Shown here: piece after piece, positions 40,074-49,914 of the stretch
How positions within the stretch are numbered: the first letter of the stretch is position 1
Layout: each line of letters begins with the position of its first letter
Assembly (NCBI GenBank): GCA_965203325.1
Contig: OZ241875.1
Span: 2,688,001 to 2,752,000, forward strand
DNA length: 64,000 nt
Origin: a bacterium
GTDB taxonomy: Bacteria > UBA8248
Direction: 5' to 3'
Translations under genes and position numbers: made by a program
The notes under the pieces: model-generated
What the model saw: only the letters and a program-made list of their open reading frames with translations
What the model was told of the DNA's origin: nothing
Databases searched by the model: none

Positions 40074-40100
40074 GACGCCCCGGGAAATTTCCGGGGCGTC
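40074..40100 (+). other. Intercistronic hairpin after the binding-protein gene (likely mRNA stabiliser or attenuator)
   Basis: GACGCCCCGG..CCGGGGCGTC stem; comparable hairpins follow the binding-protein genes ending at 8478, 28592, 36508 and 55362. Confidence 0.55.
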
Positions 40101-40129
40101 GCTTCACCTTTTTCCGGAGGCCCGGACGC

Positions 40130-41011
40130 ATGGAATTGGACGTCAGTTTTTGGTTGACCCAGTTTCTGAACGGGTTGGCCAACGCGATGGTTCTCTTCCT
40201 GATCGCATCGGGCCTCACGATTCTCCTGGGCGTGTTGGGCGTCCTGAATCTGGCCCATGGCTCGTTCTACATGCTGGGCGCTTTTCTGATTTTTTCGAGT
40301 TCGATCATCAAGAACCCGAGCTGGTTCTGGGTGGGCCTGCTCATCGCACCCCTCGTGGTGGCGGGGTTCGGGACCATCATCGAAGCGTTCTGCCTGCGCC
40401 CCCTCTACGGCCGGGAAAGACTCTACACCCTGCTGCTGACCTATGGCTTCACGCTCATTCTCGACGACCTGGTTCTGCTGATCTGGGGCCGGGATTACAA
40501 GTCCGTACCCATCCCCGCGCTGTTCGAAGGGCGATTGACCATCGGGGATTTCAGCTATCCCGTGTATTTTCTCTTCATCATCGCGGTCGGCCCGCTGCTG
40601 GGCGTTTTCCTGTGGTTCATTCTGAACAAGACGAACTTCGGGAAACTCATCCGCGCCGCCGCCACGGACAGCGAGATGCTCGACGCCCTGGGGGTGAACG
40701 TGAACCGGGTATTCACCGGCGTATTCGCCCTGGGCGCCTGGCTCGCGAGCCTGGGCGGCATTCTGGCCGCACCGATGAGAAGCGTCGAACCCGGCATGGG
40801 GGTGGAGGTCATCATCGAATCGTTCATCGTCGTCATCATCGGCGGTATGGGGAGTTATCTCGGCGCGTTCGTGGGGGCGGTGCTCATCGGGATGCTCAAG
40901 GCGTTCGGCATCGAGATTCTCGAGAATTTCGCGATGATCTTCATTTACGCACTCGTATTGCCGATTTTGATCTTAAGACCCCGTGGCCTGTTCGGCGAAA
41001 CGACGATATAG
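40130..41011 (+). CDS. livH: LivH-like permease
   Basis: LNLAHGSFYM, IIGGMGS, RPRGLFG. Confidence 0.88.
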   Translation: MELDVSFWLTQFLNGLANAMVLFLIASGLTILLGVLGVLNLAHGSFYMLGAFLIFSSSIIKNPSWFWVGLLIAPLVVAGFGTIIEAFCLRPLYGRERLYTLLLTYGFTLILDDLVLLIWGRDYKSVPIPALFEGRLTIGDFSYPVYFLFIIAVGPLLGVFLWFILNKTNFGKLIRAAATDSEMLDALGVNVNRVFTGVFALGAWLASLGGILAAPMRSVEPGMGVEVIIESFIVVIIGGMGSYLGAFVGAVLIGMLKAFGIEILENFAMIFIYALVLPILILRPRGLFGETTI

Positions 41012-41027
41012 GGATATCAAAAGACGC

Positions 41028-42056
41028 ATGGAAGGTTCAGCGAGCGGAAAAAAATTCTTGAGCCGCCTGATGGGGCGCATTCCCAACCGCTTCGGCGTTA
41101 CGGCCCTGCTCGCCTTGGCCATTCTCGCGCCGACCCTCGTTCAAAACGATTATTACATACAGCTTTGCACGGAAATCCTGATCGCGAGCCTGCTCGCCAT
41201 CAGCCTGAATTTTCTCATCGGCTACACAGGCCTCGTCTCCCTGGGCCACGCGGTGTACTTAGGCGTGGGCGCCTACGCCTTCGCCCTGCTGACGAAGAAC
41301 GTCTATCCCTCCATGTGGGCCGGACTGATAGCGGCGGGTGCCTCCTGCGCGCTTTTGGCCTGGTTCATGGGCGTTTTCTGCGTGCGTCTGGCGGGGCTTT
41401 ATTTCGCCATGTTGACGCTCGCGTTCTCTCAAGTCGTCTACACCGTCGCCTACTACTGGCGCGACGTCACCGGCGGGGACGACGGGATGCTCGGCATCCC
41501 GAAGCCTGAGATAGGGATTCCGGGCGCCTTCAGCATTTCCCTGGAGTCGTTTACGAACTTTTATTATTTCGTGCTCATTATCGTGGCGGCTTTGATATTT
41601 CTCGCGTGGAAAATCGCCAACTCTCCTTTCGGCAGGGTGCTGCAGGCCATCCGGGAGAATCCCGAGCGCGTGGAGTTCATCGGCCTGCCCGTGCACAGGT
41701 ATAAATTGTACGCCTTCATCATCGCCGGGACCCTCGGCGGTTTCGCGGGAGGCCTTTATTCGACTTTTCAGGGCTACATTTCACCCGATCTGCTCTACTG
41801 GACCCAATCGGGCGAGATCGTTCTGATGACGATCCTGGGCGGCATGTATTCTTTCCTGGGGCCGGCCTTCGGCGCGGGGATGCTCTTGTTCATCCGGGAC
41901 ACGGTTTTGAATTTCATGGAGTACTGGCGAATCGTCGTCGGCGGCATTCTGGTGCTCCTGGTCCTGTTCCTCCCCGGCGGAATCCTGGGATTCTTCGAGG
42001 GGTGGATATCCAGATTATCGATTGGTGGAAACGATGGCGACGACGCCCGTTCTTGA
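41028..42056 (+). CDS. livM: LivM-like permease
   Basis: GLVSLGHA, YFAMLTLAF, SPFGRVLQAIREN, LPGGI. Confidence 0.88.
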   Translation: MEGSASGKKFLSRLMGRIPNRFGVTALLALAILAPTLVQNDYYIQLCTEILIASLLAISLNFLIGYTGLVSLGHAVYLGVGAYAFALLTKNVYPSMWAGLIAAGASCALLAWFMGVFCVRLAGLYFAMLTLAFSQVVYTVAYYWRDVTGGDDGMLGIPKPEIGIPGAFSISLESFTNFYYFVLIIVAALIFLAWKIANSPFGRVLQAIRENPERVEFIGLPVHRYKLYAFIIAGTLGGFAGGLYSTFQGYISPDLLYWTQSGEIVLMTILGGMYSFLGPAFGAGMLLFIRDTVLNFMEYWRIVVGGILVLLVLFLPGGILGFFEGWISRLSIGGNDGDDARS

Positions 42057-42786
42057 GACCCGGAGTCTCACCAAGTCGTTCGGTTCGCTTCTGGCGGTGA
42101 ACGAAGTGGACTTCCAGGTTCCGGAAGGTGAGTTGTGCGCCGTCATCGGGCCGAACGGGGCGGGGAAGACCACATTTTTCAACCTGATTTCGGGGAGGCT
42201 CGAGCCGACCTCGGGCGGCGTTTTCTTCGAGGGGGAGGACATTACCGGGTTTCCTCCGCACGCGGTGGTGAAAAAAGGGGTGGGCCGTTCTTTTCAGATC
42301 ACGAACATATTCCCCAGGCTCTCGGTTCTGGACAATGTCCGCATCGCCGTCTTGGCGAGACGGGGAAAAACGCTCGATATGTTCTCCCCCATCGAGAAGC
42401 ACACCGAAGAACAGGACGAGGCGCTTGAAATACTCGGCGAGGTGGAACTCGACCACAAGGCGCATCACCCGACCACCGAACTGGGCCACGGGGAGAGGAG
42501 AAACCTGGAACTCGGCATCACGCTGGCTTTGGAGCCCCGGTTGATCCTGCTCGATGAGCCGACGGCCGGCATGTCGATCGAGGAGACGTCGAGCACGATC
42601 AATCTCGTAAAAAAGATATCCCACGACAAGACGGTCGTCTTCACCGAGCACGACATGAGCGTGGTTTTCTCGATCGCCGACCGCATATCCGTCCTGCATC
42701 AGGGGAGCATCATCGCCGAGGGGACGCCGGATGAGATTCGAAACGACGACCTCGTTCGCCTCGCCTACCTGGGGGAAGAGGTTTGA
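42034..42786 (+). CDS. livG: LivG-like ATP-binding protein
   Basis: GPNGAGKTT, LLDEPTAG, EHDM, AYLG. Confidence 0.9.
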   Translation: MATTPVLETRSLTKSFGSLLAVNEVDFQVPEGELCAVIGPNGAGKTTFFNLISGRLEPTSGGVFFEGEDITGFPPHAVVKKGVGRSFQITNIFPRLSVLDNVRIAVLARRGKTLDMFSPIEKHTEEQDEALEILGEVELDHKAHHPTTELGHGERRNLELGITLALEPRLILLDEPTAGMSIEETSSTINLVKKISHDKTVVFTEHDMSVVFSIADRISVLHQGSIIAEGTPDEIRNDDLVRLAYLGEEV

Positions 42787-43484
42787 TTCTCAGCGTCGAG
42801 AAAATAAATACGTTCTACGGGGACAGCCACATTCTGTTCGACGTGGATTTGACCATCGCCGAAGGGGAGGTGGTGAGCCTCCTCGGCAGAAACGGGGCGG
42901 GAAAGACGACGACGCTCCGCTCCATCATGGGGTTGACGCCTCCCCGGGCGGGGAGCGTGTGCTGGCTGGGCGAGGAGGTGCAGCGCCTGAAGCCGCATGA
43001 GATCGCGAGAAAAGGGGTGGGTTTCGTACCCGAGGACAGGAGGATATTCTCCCGTCTGAGCGTGGAGGAGAATCTCGAAATCGGCGCTTTCAAGCTGGAA
43101 CGGGCAAGCGGCTGGACACTTGAGCGAATATATGGTCTTTTCCCCAAGCTTGAGCAATTGAAAACCCACAAGGGAAACGAACTCAGCGGCGGCGAGCAGC
43201 AGATGCTCGCCATCGCCCGCGCGCTGATGGGAGCACCCAGGCTCGTCTTGCTCGACGAACCCTCGGAAGGTCTCGCGCCGGCCATCGTGAAAGACGTGGG
43301 CGAAATGATCGGCACGCTCAAGGATGAGGGGCTCGCCGTTTTGCTGGTGGAGCAAAACACACGTTTCGCTTGCCGGCTCTCCGATCGCGTCTACATCATA
43401 GACAACGGCAGGGTCCGCTTCGGTGGCACGGTGGAGCAACTCGAAGCGGATGAGGAACTGAAATCGCGCTATCTGGCCGTTTGA
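42783..43484 (+). CDS. livF: LivF-like ATP-binding protein
   Basis: GRNGAGKTT, LSGGEQQMLAIARAL, DEPSEGLAP. Confidence 0.9.
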   Translation: MILSVEKINTFYGDSHILFDVDLTIAEGEVVSLLGRNGAGKTTTLRSIMGLTPPRAGSVCWLGEEVQRLKPHEIARKGVGFVPEDRRIFSRLSVEENLEIGAFKLERASGWTLERIYGLFPKLEQLKTHKGNELSGGEQQMLAIARALMGAPRLVLLDEPSEGLAPAIVKDVGEMIGTLKDEGLAVLLVEQNTRFACRLSDRVYIIDNGRVRFGGTVEQLEADEELKSRYLAV

Positions 43485-43523
43485 TTTTTATTTTTCCATC
43501 AATGGAAACGAGGAGGATTCTGT

Positions 43524-44531
43524 ATGAGCTCCCGTGTTGAATTCGGTTTGATCATGGCCCTGACCATCCGGGGGCTCGCCGTCGGAAACTTCGAGGACAT
43601 GAAATCGGTGGCCCGGGAAGCGGAGCGGCTGGATTTCGATTCGGTATGGCTTTGCGATCACTTCCTGACGCTCGACCCGAGTTCCTATGCGAAAGACGCA
43701 GGGTTCGAAGACGAGGGAGAGTCGGAAGGCGTCGGTTCGGGCTCCATCCCCCTGCTCGAAACCTGGACGGCCCTCAGCGCTCTCTCCCAGGTGACGAAAA
43801 AACTCCGCCTCGGGACCAGCGTTCTCAGCAACTCCTACCGCATCCCCTCGGTGCTCGCGAAGATGGGCGCGACGCTGGATCACATCAGCGGCGGGCGACT
43901 CGATTTGGGTCTCGGCGCGGGCTGGATGCAGGAGGAATACGAGGCCTACGGCATTCCCTTCCCGAGAGCTTCGGTCCGCATCGCCCAGATGGAAGAGGCT
44001 ATTCAACTGATCCGCAAGATCTGGACGGAGCCCAACCCCACGTTCGAGGGAGAGCACTACACGATAAAAGGCGCGGTGTGCGATCCCCCGCCGGTTCAGA
44101 AGCCCTCGCCCCCGATATGGATCGGCGGGGAGGGGAAGAAAGTCCTTCGCGCCGCGGCGAGGCATGCGGACGGCTTCAACGTGCGCTGGTGGCCGCCGGA
44201 GCGCTATCTCGAACGAAAAGACGAGATCGACGCGAACTGCGCGGAGGCGGGCCGCGACCCCGAAGCGTTCAGACGCTCCTTGATGTGTCTTCTCCTGCCG
44301 AGCTATGACCGCGCGCGGATCGAGGCGGAAAAGAAGCGATTTGCCGCCATTCCCCAAACGGGTATAATTTCGGGCGAACCCAAGGAATGCGTGGAACGGA
44401 TGATGGAATACGTCGACGCGGGCGTCAGGCATTTCCTCTATACGATACCCGACGTCGCCGAAATGGACATGCTTCGCCTCGCGGGAGAAGAGATTCTCCC
44501 CGAGGTCAGAAATCTGTCGAACGGGGGCTGA
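43524..44531 (+). CDS. LLM-class, probably F420-dependent, oxidoreductase
   Basis: FDSVWLCDHF, LAKMGATLDHISGGRLDLGLGAGW, PIWIGGEG. Confidence 0.88.
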   Translation: MSSRVEFGLIMALTIRGLAVGNFEDMKSVAREAERLDFDSVWLCDHFLTLDPSSYAKDAGFEDEGESEGVGSGSIPLLETWTALSALSQVTKKLRLGTSVLSNSYRIPSVLAKMGATLDHISGGRLDLGLGAGWMQEEYEAYGIPFPRASVRIAQMEEAIQLIRKIWTEPNPTFEGEHYTIKGAVCDPPPVQKPSPPIWIGGEGKKVLRAAARHADGFNVRWWPPERYLERKDEIDANCAEAGRDPEAFRRSLMCLLLPSYDRARIEAEKKRFAAIPQTGIISGEPKECVERMMEYVDAGVRHFLYTIPDVAEMDMLRLAGEEILPEVRNLSNGG

Positions 44532-44560
44532 GGCCCTCCTATGAGCAGGGAGATTTTCCA

Positions 44561-45250
44561 ATGAACGAACACCAGGACATGGCCGATTACCTGAAACCCA
44601 CCGAATTCATCGATTCGGACAATCCCGACATCGTATCGAAGGCGGAGGAACTCACCGAAGGCTGCGCGGACGAGAAGGAAAAGCTCGGCAATATCTATTA
44701 TTTCGTCCGCGATTTTCCCTACGACATTCTCGATTCGTTCCGCTACCTCGCCGAGGGGAAGCGCCAGGCGAGCGACGTTTTGAACAACGGCAAGGCGTTC
44801 TGCATGGGCAAGGCCAGCATGTTCGCCGCCCTTTGCCGGGCTTCGGGCATTCCCTCGCGCATCGGCTTCCAGCAGCTTCATTGCCCCGATAAACCTTTCA
44901 TGAACGAGGAGGTCGCCAAGATCTGGGGCGACCGCAAGCTGCCTTGGCACTCGCTCGGAGAGGCGTATCTCGACGGCAAGTGGCTCAAGCTAGACGCCAC
45001 GATCGACAAGGAATTCGCCGCGAGGAAAGGGCGGGTATATTCCCAGGAGTTCGACGGCGTAAGCGACATTCCCTCCGTGGAAGGCCCCCTCATCAAGGAC
45101 CTGCCGAGCCACACGGACTACCCGAAAGACGTGGCCGACTGGTATGAGCAGGTGGCCAAGGACGTCGTCGCATCTGTGGAGGAAGACGTCGTTCACAAAG
45201 ATGTTTTGAGCGATGAGGAATGGTCCGGCCCCGAGGCGGGGAAGCTATAG
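44561..45250 (+). CDS. Transglutaminase-like cysteine enzyme
   Basis: YLKPTEFIDSD; catalytic triad C (FCMGKA), H (PWHS), D (KLDAT). Confidence 0.85.
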   Translation: MNEHQDMADYLKPTEFIDSDNPDIVSKAEELTEGCADEKEKLGNIYYFVRDFPYDILDSFRYLAEGKRQASDVLNNGKAFCMGKASMFAALCRASGIPSRIGFQQLHCPDKPFMNEEVAKIWGDRKLPWHSLGEAYLDGKWLKLDATIDKEFAARKGRVYSQEFDGVSDIPSVEGPLIKDLPSHTDYPKDVADWYEQVAKDVVASVEEDVVHKDVLSDEEWSGPEAGKL

Positions 45251-45312
45251 CGCCGGGCAGCCTCTGAATGGGCGTCCGGCCGATTCATTCGTTTAACGAA
45301 AGGAGTTTTTAG

Positions 45313-46821
45313 ATGTCGGGTAGTTTGGTGAAGGTGGCCGAGTTTCCGCTCACCCAGGAAGTGGAGCAGCAATTCATCGACGGGAACTGGGTCAAAGGCG
45401 AGCGCGGCGAGCCGATAGACGTGCTCAATCCCTCGAACAACGAGACGATATTCCAGTTGTTCCCGGCCTCGGACGCGCAGGTCGATGAGGCCGTCGCCTC
45501 CTGCTGGCGGGCTTTTCACGACCCGTCCTGGAAGAAGATGCCCGCGCTCGAACGCGGAAAATTGATTACGAAACTCGCTGCGTTGATGCGCGAGCACGCG
45601 GAAACCCTCGCGAGATTAGAGGCCATCAACACGGGCATCCCCATCAAGGAGAGCCGTCTGGAATCTGCCTCCTCCGCGCGCCATTTCGAGTATTTCGCCG
45701 GATGGGCCGGCAAGGTGGAAGGCAGCGCGCTGCCCCTCATGAATGATCGGCTGATGTATTCCACGAGAGAGCCTTTGGGGGTCGTGGCCATCATCGTTCC
45801 CTGGAACACCCCGCTCAAGCTCATGTCGCGGGGTCTGGCCGCCGCGTTGGCCTGCGGCAACACGGTGGTCGTCAAGCCCTCCGCCGTCGCCCTGGCCTCG
45901 GTACTCTATTTCGGAAAGCTGGTCGAGGAGGCCGGGTTCCCGCCGGGGGTGATCAACATCGTCGCGGGTTCGGGACGCTCGACGGGCGCCAAGATCGTGG
46001 GTCATCCCGATATCCGAAAAATCGTCTTCACCGGTGGCACCGAGGGCGGCCTGGAAGTCCTGGGGCTCGCCGCCACGAACGTGACGCCCGTGCTGGCGGA
46101 GCTTGGCGGCAAGGGCCCCATCATCGTCTGCGAGGACGCCGACTTAGACGAGGCGGCCGATGGCGTGATGAGCCAGGTGTTCGCCCGCCAGGGCGAGGTC
46201 TGTTTCGCAGGCACCCGCCTGTTCCTCCCGCCTTCCATCCACGATGCGTTCGTGGAGAAGATTAAAGAGCGCGTCGAGGCCATACGCGTCGGCGACGCCA
46301 TGGATGAAGATACCGATATGGGGCCGCTCATCTCTCCCGATCATCTCGCCGACGTCGTCGGCTACGTCGAATCGGCGGTGGGAGACGGGGCCAGCGTCGC
46401 CTGCGGAGGCGACCGCGCGAAGCCTGAAGGGCAGCCCGCCGGCAATTTCATGCAGCCCACGGTGCTCACGGGCGTGAACCAGGGAATGGAGGCGGCGTGT
46501 GAGGAGATTTTCGGCCCTGTTCTCACGGTTCATGAGTATGATTCTCTCGACGATGCCGTCAGGGACGCCAACGCCACGGACTTCGGGCTGGCGAGCTACG
46601 TCTGGACGAGCGACCTGCGCCGGGCGCATCGCCTCGCTCAGGAGCTTGATTGCGGAAACGTGTTCATCAACACCTACCGCTACGGCTCGGAGATTCCTTT
46701 CGGCGGTGTGAAGAAAAGCGGCATCGGCAGGGAGCATGGCGAGGAGGCGCTGCGCGAATATACCCAGGTGAAAAGCGTCTGCATCGGTCTATCGAGATGG
46801 CATTCCTGGAATCGTGATTAG
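45313..46821 (+). CDS. Aldehyde dehydrogenase
   Basis: PWN, FTGG, ELGGK, catalytic Cys (GEVC), EEIFGPV, PFGGVKKSG. Confidence 0.95.
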   Translation: MSGSLVKVAEFPLTQEVEQQFIDGNWVKGERGEPIDVLNPSNNETIFQLFPASDAQVDEAVASCWRAFHDPSWKKMPALERGKLITKLAALMREHAETLARLEAINTGIPIKESRLESASSARHFEYFAGWAGKVEGSALPLMNDRLMYSTREPLGVVAIIVPWNTPLKLMSRGLAAALACGNTVVVKPSAVALASVLYFGKLVEEAGFPPGVINIVAGSGRSTGAKIVGHPDIRKIVFTGGTEGGLEVLGLAATNVTPVLAELGGKGPIIVCEDADLDEAADGVMSQVFARQGEVCFAGTRLFLPPSIHDAFVEKIKERVEAIRVGDAMDEDTDMGPLISPDHLADVVGYVESAVGDGASVACGGDRAKPEGQPAGNFMQPTVLTGVNQGMEAACEEIFGPVLTVHEYDSLDDAVRDANATDFGLASYVWTSDLRRAHRLAQELDCGNVFINTYRYGSEIPFGGVKKSGIGREHGEEALREYTQVKSVCIGLSRWHSWNRD

Positions 46822-46886
46822 GACGATCCCGTGAATTTCATGAAACCTTTCAACGCACTTTAAGCGAATCTTAGGGAGGAATCACC

Positions 46887-47846
46887 ATGAAGAAGTTGTT
46901 GCTGGTTTTCGCACTCGCCTTCGTCGTCGCGGCGGTGTCGGCTGCGCCGGCCTCGGCGGCCTACCCGACGAAGCCCGTCGAGATGACCATTACCTTCAAG
47001 GCCGGCGGCGCTGCGGACATCTCCGGCCGCACCGTGGCGAAAGCGGCCGAGAAAGTGTTCGGGCAGCCCATCGTCGCCGTGAACCGTCCGGGAGCGGGCG
47101 GCACCATCGGCTTCGCCTACGTCAAGACCGCGCCTGCCGACGGGTACAAGATCGGCTGGCTTTCGGCCTCGATCCTGACCGGCACGAACATGGGGCGCCT
47201 GCCCTATGACTACCGCGCCTGGGATTACGTTTCCCGCCTGGTGTTCGAGGGGACGGCCATCGTCGTCCGGGGCGATTCCCCGTATAAATCGCTTCCCGAT
47301 CTCGTGAAGGCGGCCAAATCGAAGACGCTCAAGATCGGTAGCGCCGGTTCGGGCAGCTTCACGCGGCTCACGGCTTCGGCGCTCTCCCAAAAGGCGGGCT
47401 TCAAGTTCCGTCACGTCCCCCTGGGCAAGCGCCGCGTACCCAGCCTGCTGGGCGGCGAGGTCGACGCGATTTCCGTCCATCCGCCCGAGGTTCTGGCCCT
47501 TCACAAGGCGGGCAAGGTCCGCATGCTGGCCGTCTCTTTCCCGAAGCGCCATCCGGCCTACCCCAAGGTTCCCCTGTTCAGCGAGCACGGGTGGGACGTC
47601 GGCTTCTATCAGTTCCGGGGGCTGCACGTTCCCAAGGGAACGCCCAAAGAAGCGGTTCAAGCGCTCCACAAGGCCTTCTCAGCGGCTGCGAAGGACCCGA
47701 AAGTTCTGGCCACCGCCGAGAAGCGAGGTTTCCTGGTCTCCTACATGGGTCCGGACAAGTTCCCGGCCTTCGTGGCTGAGCAGAACGCTCTGATCAAGAA
47801 AATCGTCGTATCTTTGGGTCTGGATAAGAAGAAAAAGAAGAAATAG
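46887..47846 (+). CDS. tctC: Tripartite tricarboxylate transporter binding protein (Bug/TctC)
   Basis: YPTKPV..AGGAAD, NRPGAGG, ADGY, PKGTP. Confidence 0.92.
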   Translation: MKKLLLVFALAFVVAAVSAAPASAAYPTKPVEMTITFKAGGAADISGRTVAKAAEKVFGQPIVAVNRPGAGGTIGFAYVKTAPADGYKIGWLSASILTGTNMGRLPYDYRAWDYVSRLVFEGTAIVVRGDSPYKSLPDLVKAAKSKTLKIGSAGSGSFTRLTASALSQKAGFKFRHVPLGKRRVPSLLGGEVDAISVHPPEVLALHKAGKVRMLAVSFPKRHPAYPKVPLFSEHGWDVGFYQFRGLHVPKGTPKEAVQALHKAFSAAAKDPKVLATAEKRGFLVSYMGPDKFPAFVAEQNALIKKIVVSLGLDKKKKKK

Positions 47847-47894
47847 ACTTCTGAATCGTGTCGAGGACGTGAAGCCACAAGGGATCGGGTTTTC

Positions 47895-48380
47895 ATGACG
47901 GAGGAGAGTAAAAAAATCCAAAGCAACCTCGGACGCCTCGTCGTTCCGATCCTTCTGGTGGTTTTTTGCATCTGGTATGGTTCGATCATTCTGGAGTTGC
48001 CCCAGGGGCCTGGAGAAGAAGGTCCCCTGGGGCCTTCTTTTGTCCCCTGGGTGTGGGCTGCGCTGCTGGTCGTCCTCACGCTGGTCGATATCGGGACGGA
48101 TTACCTCGGTAAAACGCAAGACAAAGCGCGCGTCGCCATTGAGCGCAAAGGCGTTTTCGACGCCTTGATCCTGTGCCTTTTGCTGGTCGGTTTCGCGGTA
48201 TTGATGCAGTATATCGGCTTTTCCGCCTCGGTCGTCGCGTTTCTCGCCGTATCCATCTGGTGGAGCGGGATCCGTTCCTGGAAAATCATCATCCCCTACG
48301 TCGTCATCTTCGCCTTTGTGGTGAACTACGTCTTTCACCATATACTCAAGGTGCCCCTGCCCCAGGACTGGCTCTTCTAA
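47895..48380 (+). CDS. tctB: TTT small membrane protein TctB
   Basis: GPSFVP, hydrophobic segments, LKVPLP. Confidence 0.87.
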   Translation: MTEESKKIQSNLGRLVVPILLVVFCIWYGSIILELPQGPGEEGPLGPSFVPWVWAALLVVLTLVDIGTDYLGKTQDKARVAIERKGVFDALILCLLLVGFAVLMQYIGFSASVVAFLAVSIWWSGIRSWKIIIPYVVIFAFVVNYVFHHILKVPLPQDWLF

Positions 48381-48382
48381 AG

Positions 48383-49873
48383 ATGAATCTCCTGGTGGAC
48401 GGCCTCGTCCAGGCCCTGGCGTGGAAGCCTCTTCTGTTCGCCGTTCTGGGCAGCTTTATGGGAATAGTCTTCGCGGCCATTCCGGGCTTGACAGTGAGCA
48501 TGGGCATCATTCTCCTGCTGCCGTTTACCTTCCACATGGCGAGCGTCACGTCGATGAGCCTTCTGGTAGGCGTTTTCGTCGGCGGGATGACGGGGGGCAG
48601 CATCTCGTCCATTCTCCTCAACATTCCCGGCAACCCCGCCGCCATCGTCACGAGTCTGGACGGGCACCCACTCGCCCGGAAGGGCCGGGCGGGCGTCGCG
48701 CTGGGCGTGGCTTTTTTTTCGAGTTTCCTGGGCGGGCTGTTCAGCCTTATCTGCCTGATCACCATCGCCCCCCAGCTGGCGGAATTCGCCCTGAATTTCG
48801 GCGCGCCCGAACTGGCGGCGCTGGTCCTGCTGGGGCTTTGTCTCATCTGCGGGTTCGCGCAAACCTCGATGAGCAAGGCGCTTATCTCGGGCGTGCTGGG
48901 CCTGAGCTTCTCCACCGTCGGCATGGACCCCATCGACTCCATACCGCGCTTCACGTTTTCCGTGGTGCAGATTCAGCAGGGCGTTTCTTTTCTCCCGGTG
49001 ATGATAGGGCTTTTCGCGGTGCCGGAAATTATCTCGGGCATGCGCGGCTCCGCCGTTTCCCTGCCGGATTTCTCCACGCGCCTGCGCGACCTGCTTCCCT
49101 CGCCGAAAACCTTGCTTGGCCTTTGGAAGACGCTCGCGCAATCCTCCCTCATCGGAACCACCATCGGGCTGCTGCCGGGCACGGGAAGCGCCGTCGCCGC
49201 CGTGCTGAGCTACAACACGGCGCAGCGCCGCTCGCCGGAACCCGAATCGTTCGGGAAGGGAAAGCTCGAAGGCGTGTCCGCGCCCGAGGCCGCCAACAGC
49301 GCCATGACCGGGGGCGCGATGATCCCGATGCTCACGCTGGGCATCCCGGGCGACCCCGTCACCGCCGTCATGCTCGGCGCGCTCACCATCCAGGGGCTCG
49401 CGCCGGGTCCTCTCCTGTTCGAGAGCCACGGCGGTTTCGTGTTCTCGATATTCGGGTCATTTTTCATCGCACTTTTTCTGACCATCGTCATCGCGCTTCT
49501 GGGCATCCGCCTGTTCGTCCAGGTGCTGCGCGTGCCGCCCGGGCTGCTCTTCCCGAGCATCGCGGTGTTCTGCGTCATCGGCGCGTTCGCGCTTCAGAAC
49601 AGCTTTTTCGACGTTTTCCTGATGATCGGCTTCGGATTGTTAGGCTATTTCATGCAGAAGTTCGACTATCCGATCATGCCCCTGCTCCTGGCGATCATCC
49701 TGGGGCCGGTGTTCGAGAAAAACGCGAGAATGTCACTCATCCTCTCGGATGGCGACCCCGGCATTTTCTTCCGCAAGCCGATCAGCCTGGTGTTCCTGGC
49801 CCTGGCTTTGCTCTATCTCATCAGCGTTTTTCTGAAGAGGACTTCCCTGTTGAAAAAGCAGGGTTCCGCCTGA
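48383..49873 (+). CDS. tctA: TTT large permease TctA
   Basis: AIPGL, ILLNIPG, DGHPL, APEAAN, TLGIPGD. Confidence 0.93.
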   Translation: MNLLVDGLVQALAWKPLLFAVLGSFMGIVFAAIPGLTVSMGIILLLPFTFHMASVTSMSLLVGVFVGGMTGGSISSILLNIPGNPAAIVTSLDGHPLARKGRAGVALGVAFFSSFLGGLFSLICLITIAPQLAEFALNFGAPELAALVLLGLCLICGFAQTSMSKALISGVLGLSFSTVGMDPIDSIPRFTFSVVQIQQGVSFLPVMIGLFAVPEIISGMRGSAVSLPDFSTRLRDLLPSPKTLLGLWKTLAQSSLIGTTIGLLPGTGSAVAAVLSYNTAQRRSPEPESFGKGKLEGVSAPEAANSAMTGGAMIPMLTLGIPGDPVTAVMLGALTIQGLAPGPLLFESHGGFVFSIFGSFFIALFLTIVIALLGIRLFVQVLRVPPGLLFPSIAVFCVIGAFALQNSFFDVFLMIGFGLLGYFMQKFDYPIMPLLLAIILGPVFEKNARMSLILSDGDPGIFFRKPISLVFLALALLYLISVFLKRTSLLKKQGSA

Positions 49874-49914
49874 TCTGCTATTTCATTTTGTCGTAAAGAG
49901 GGAGGCATCGAACC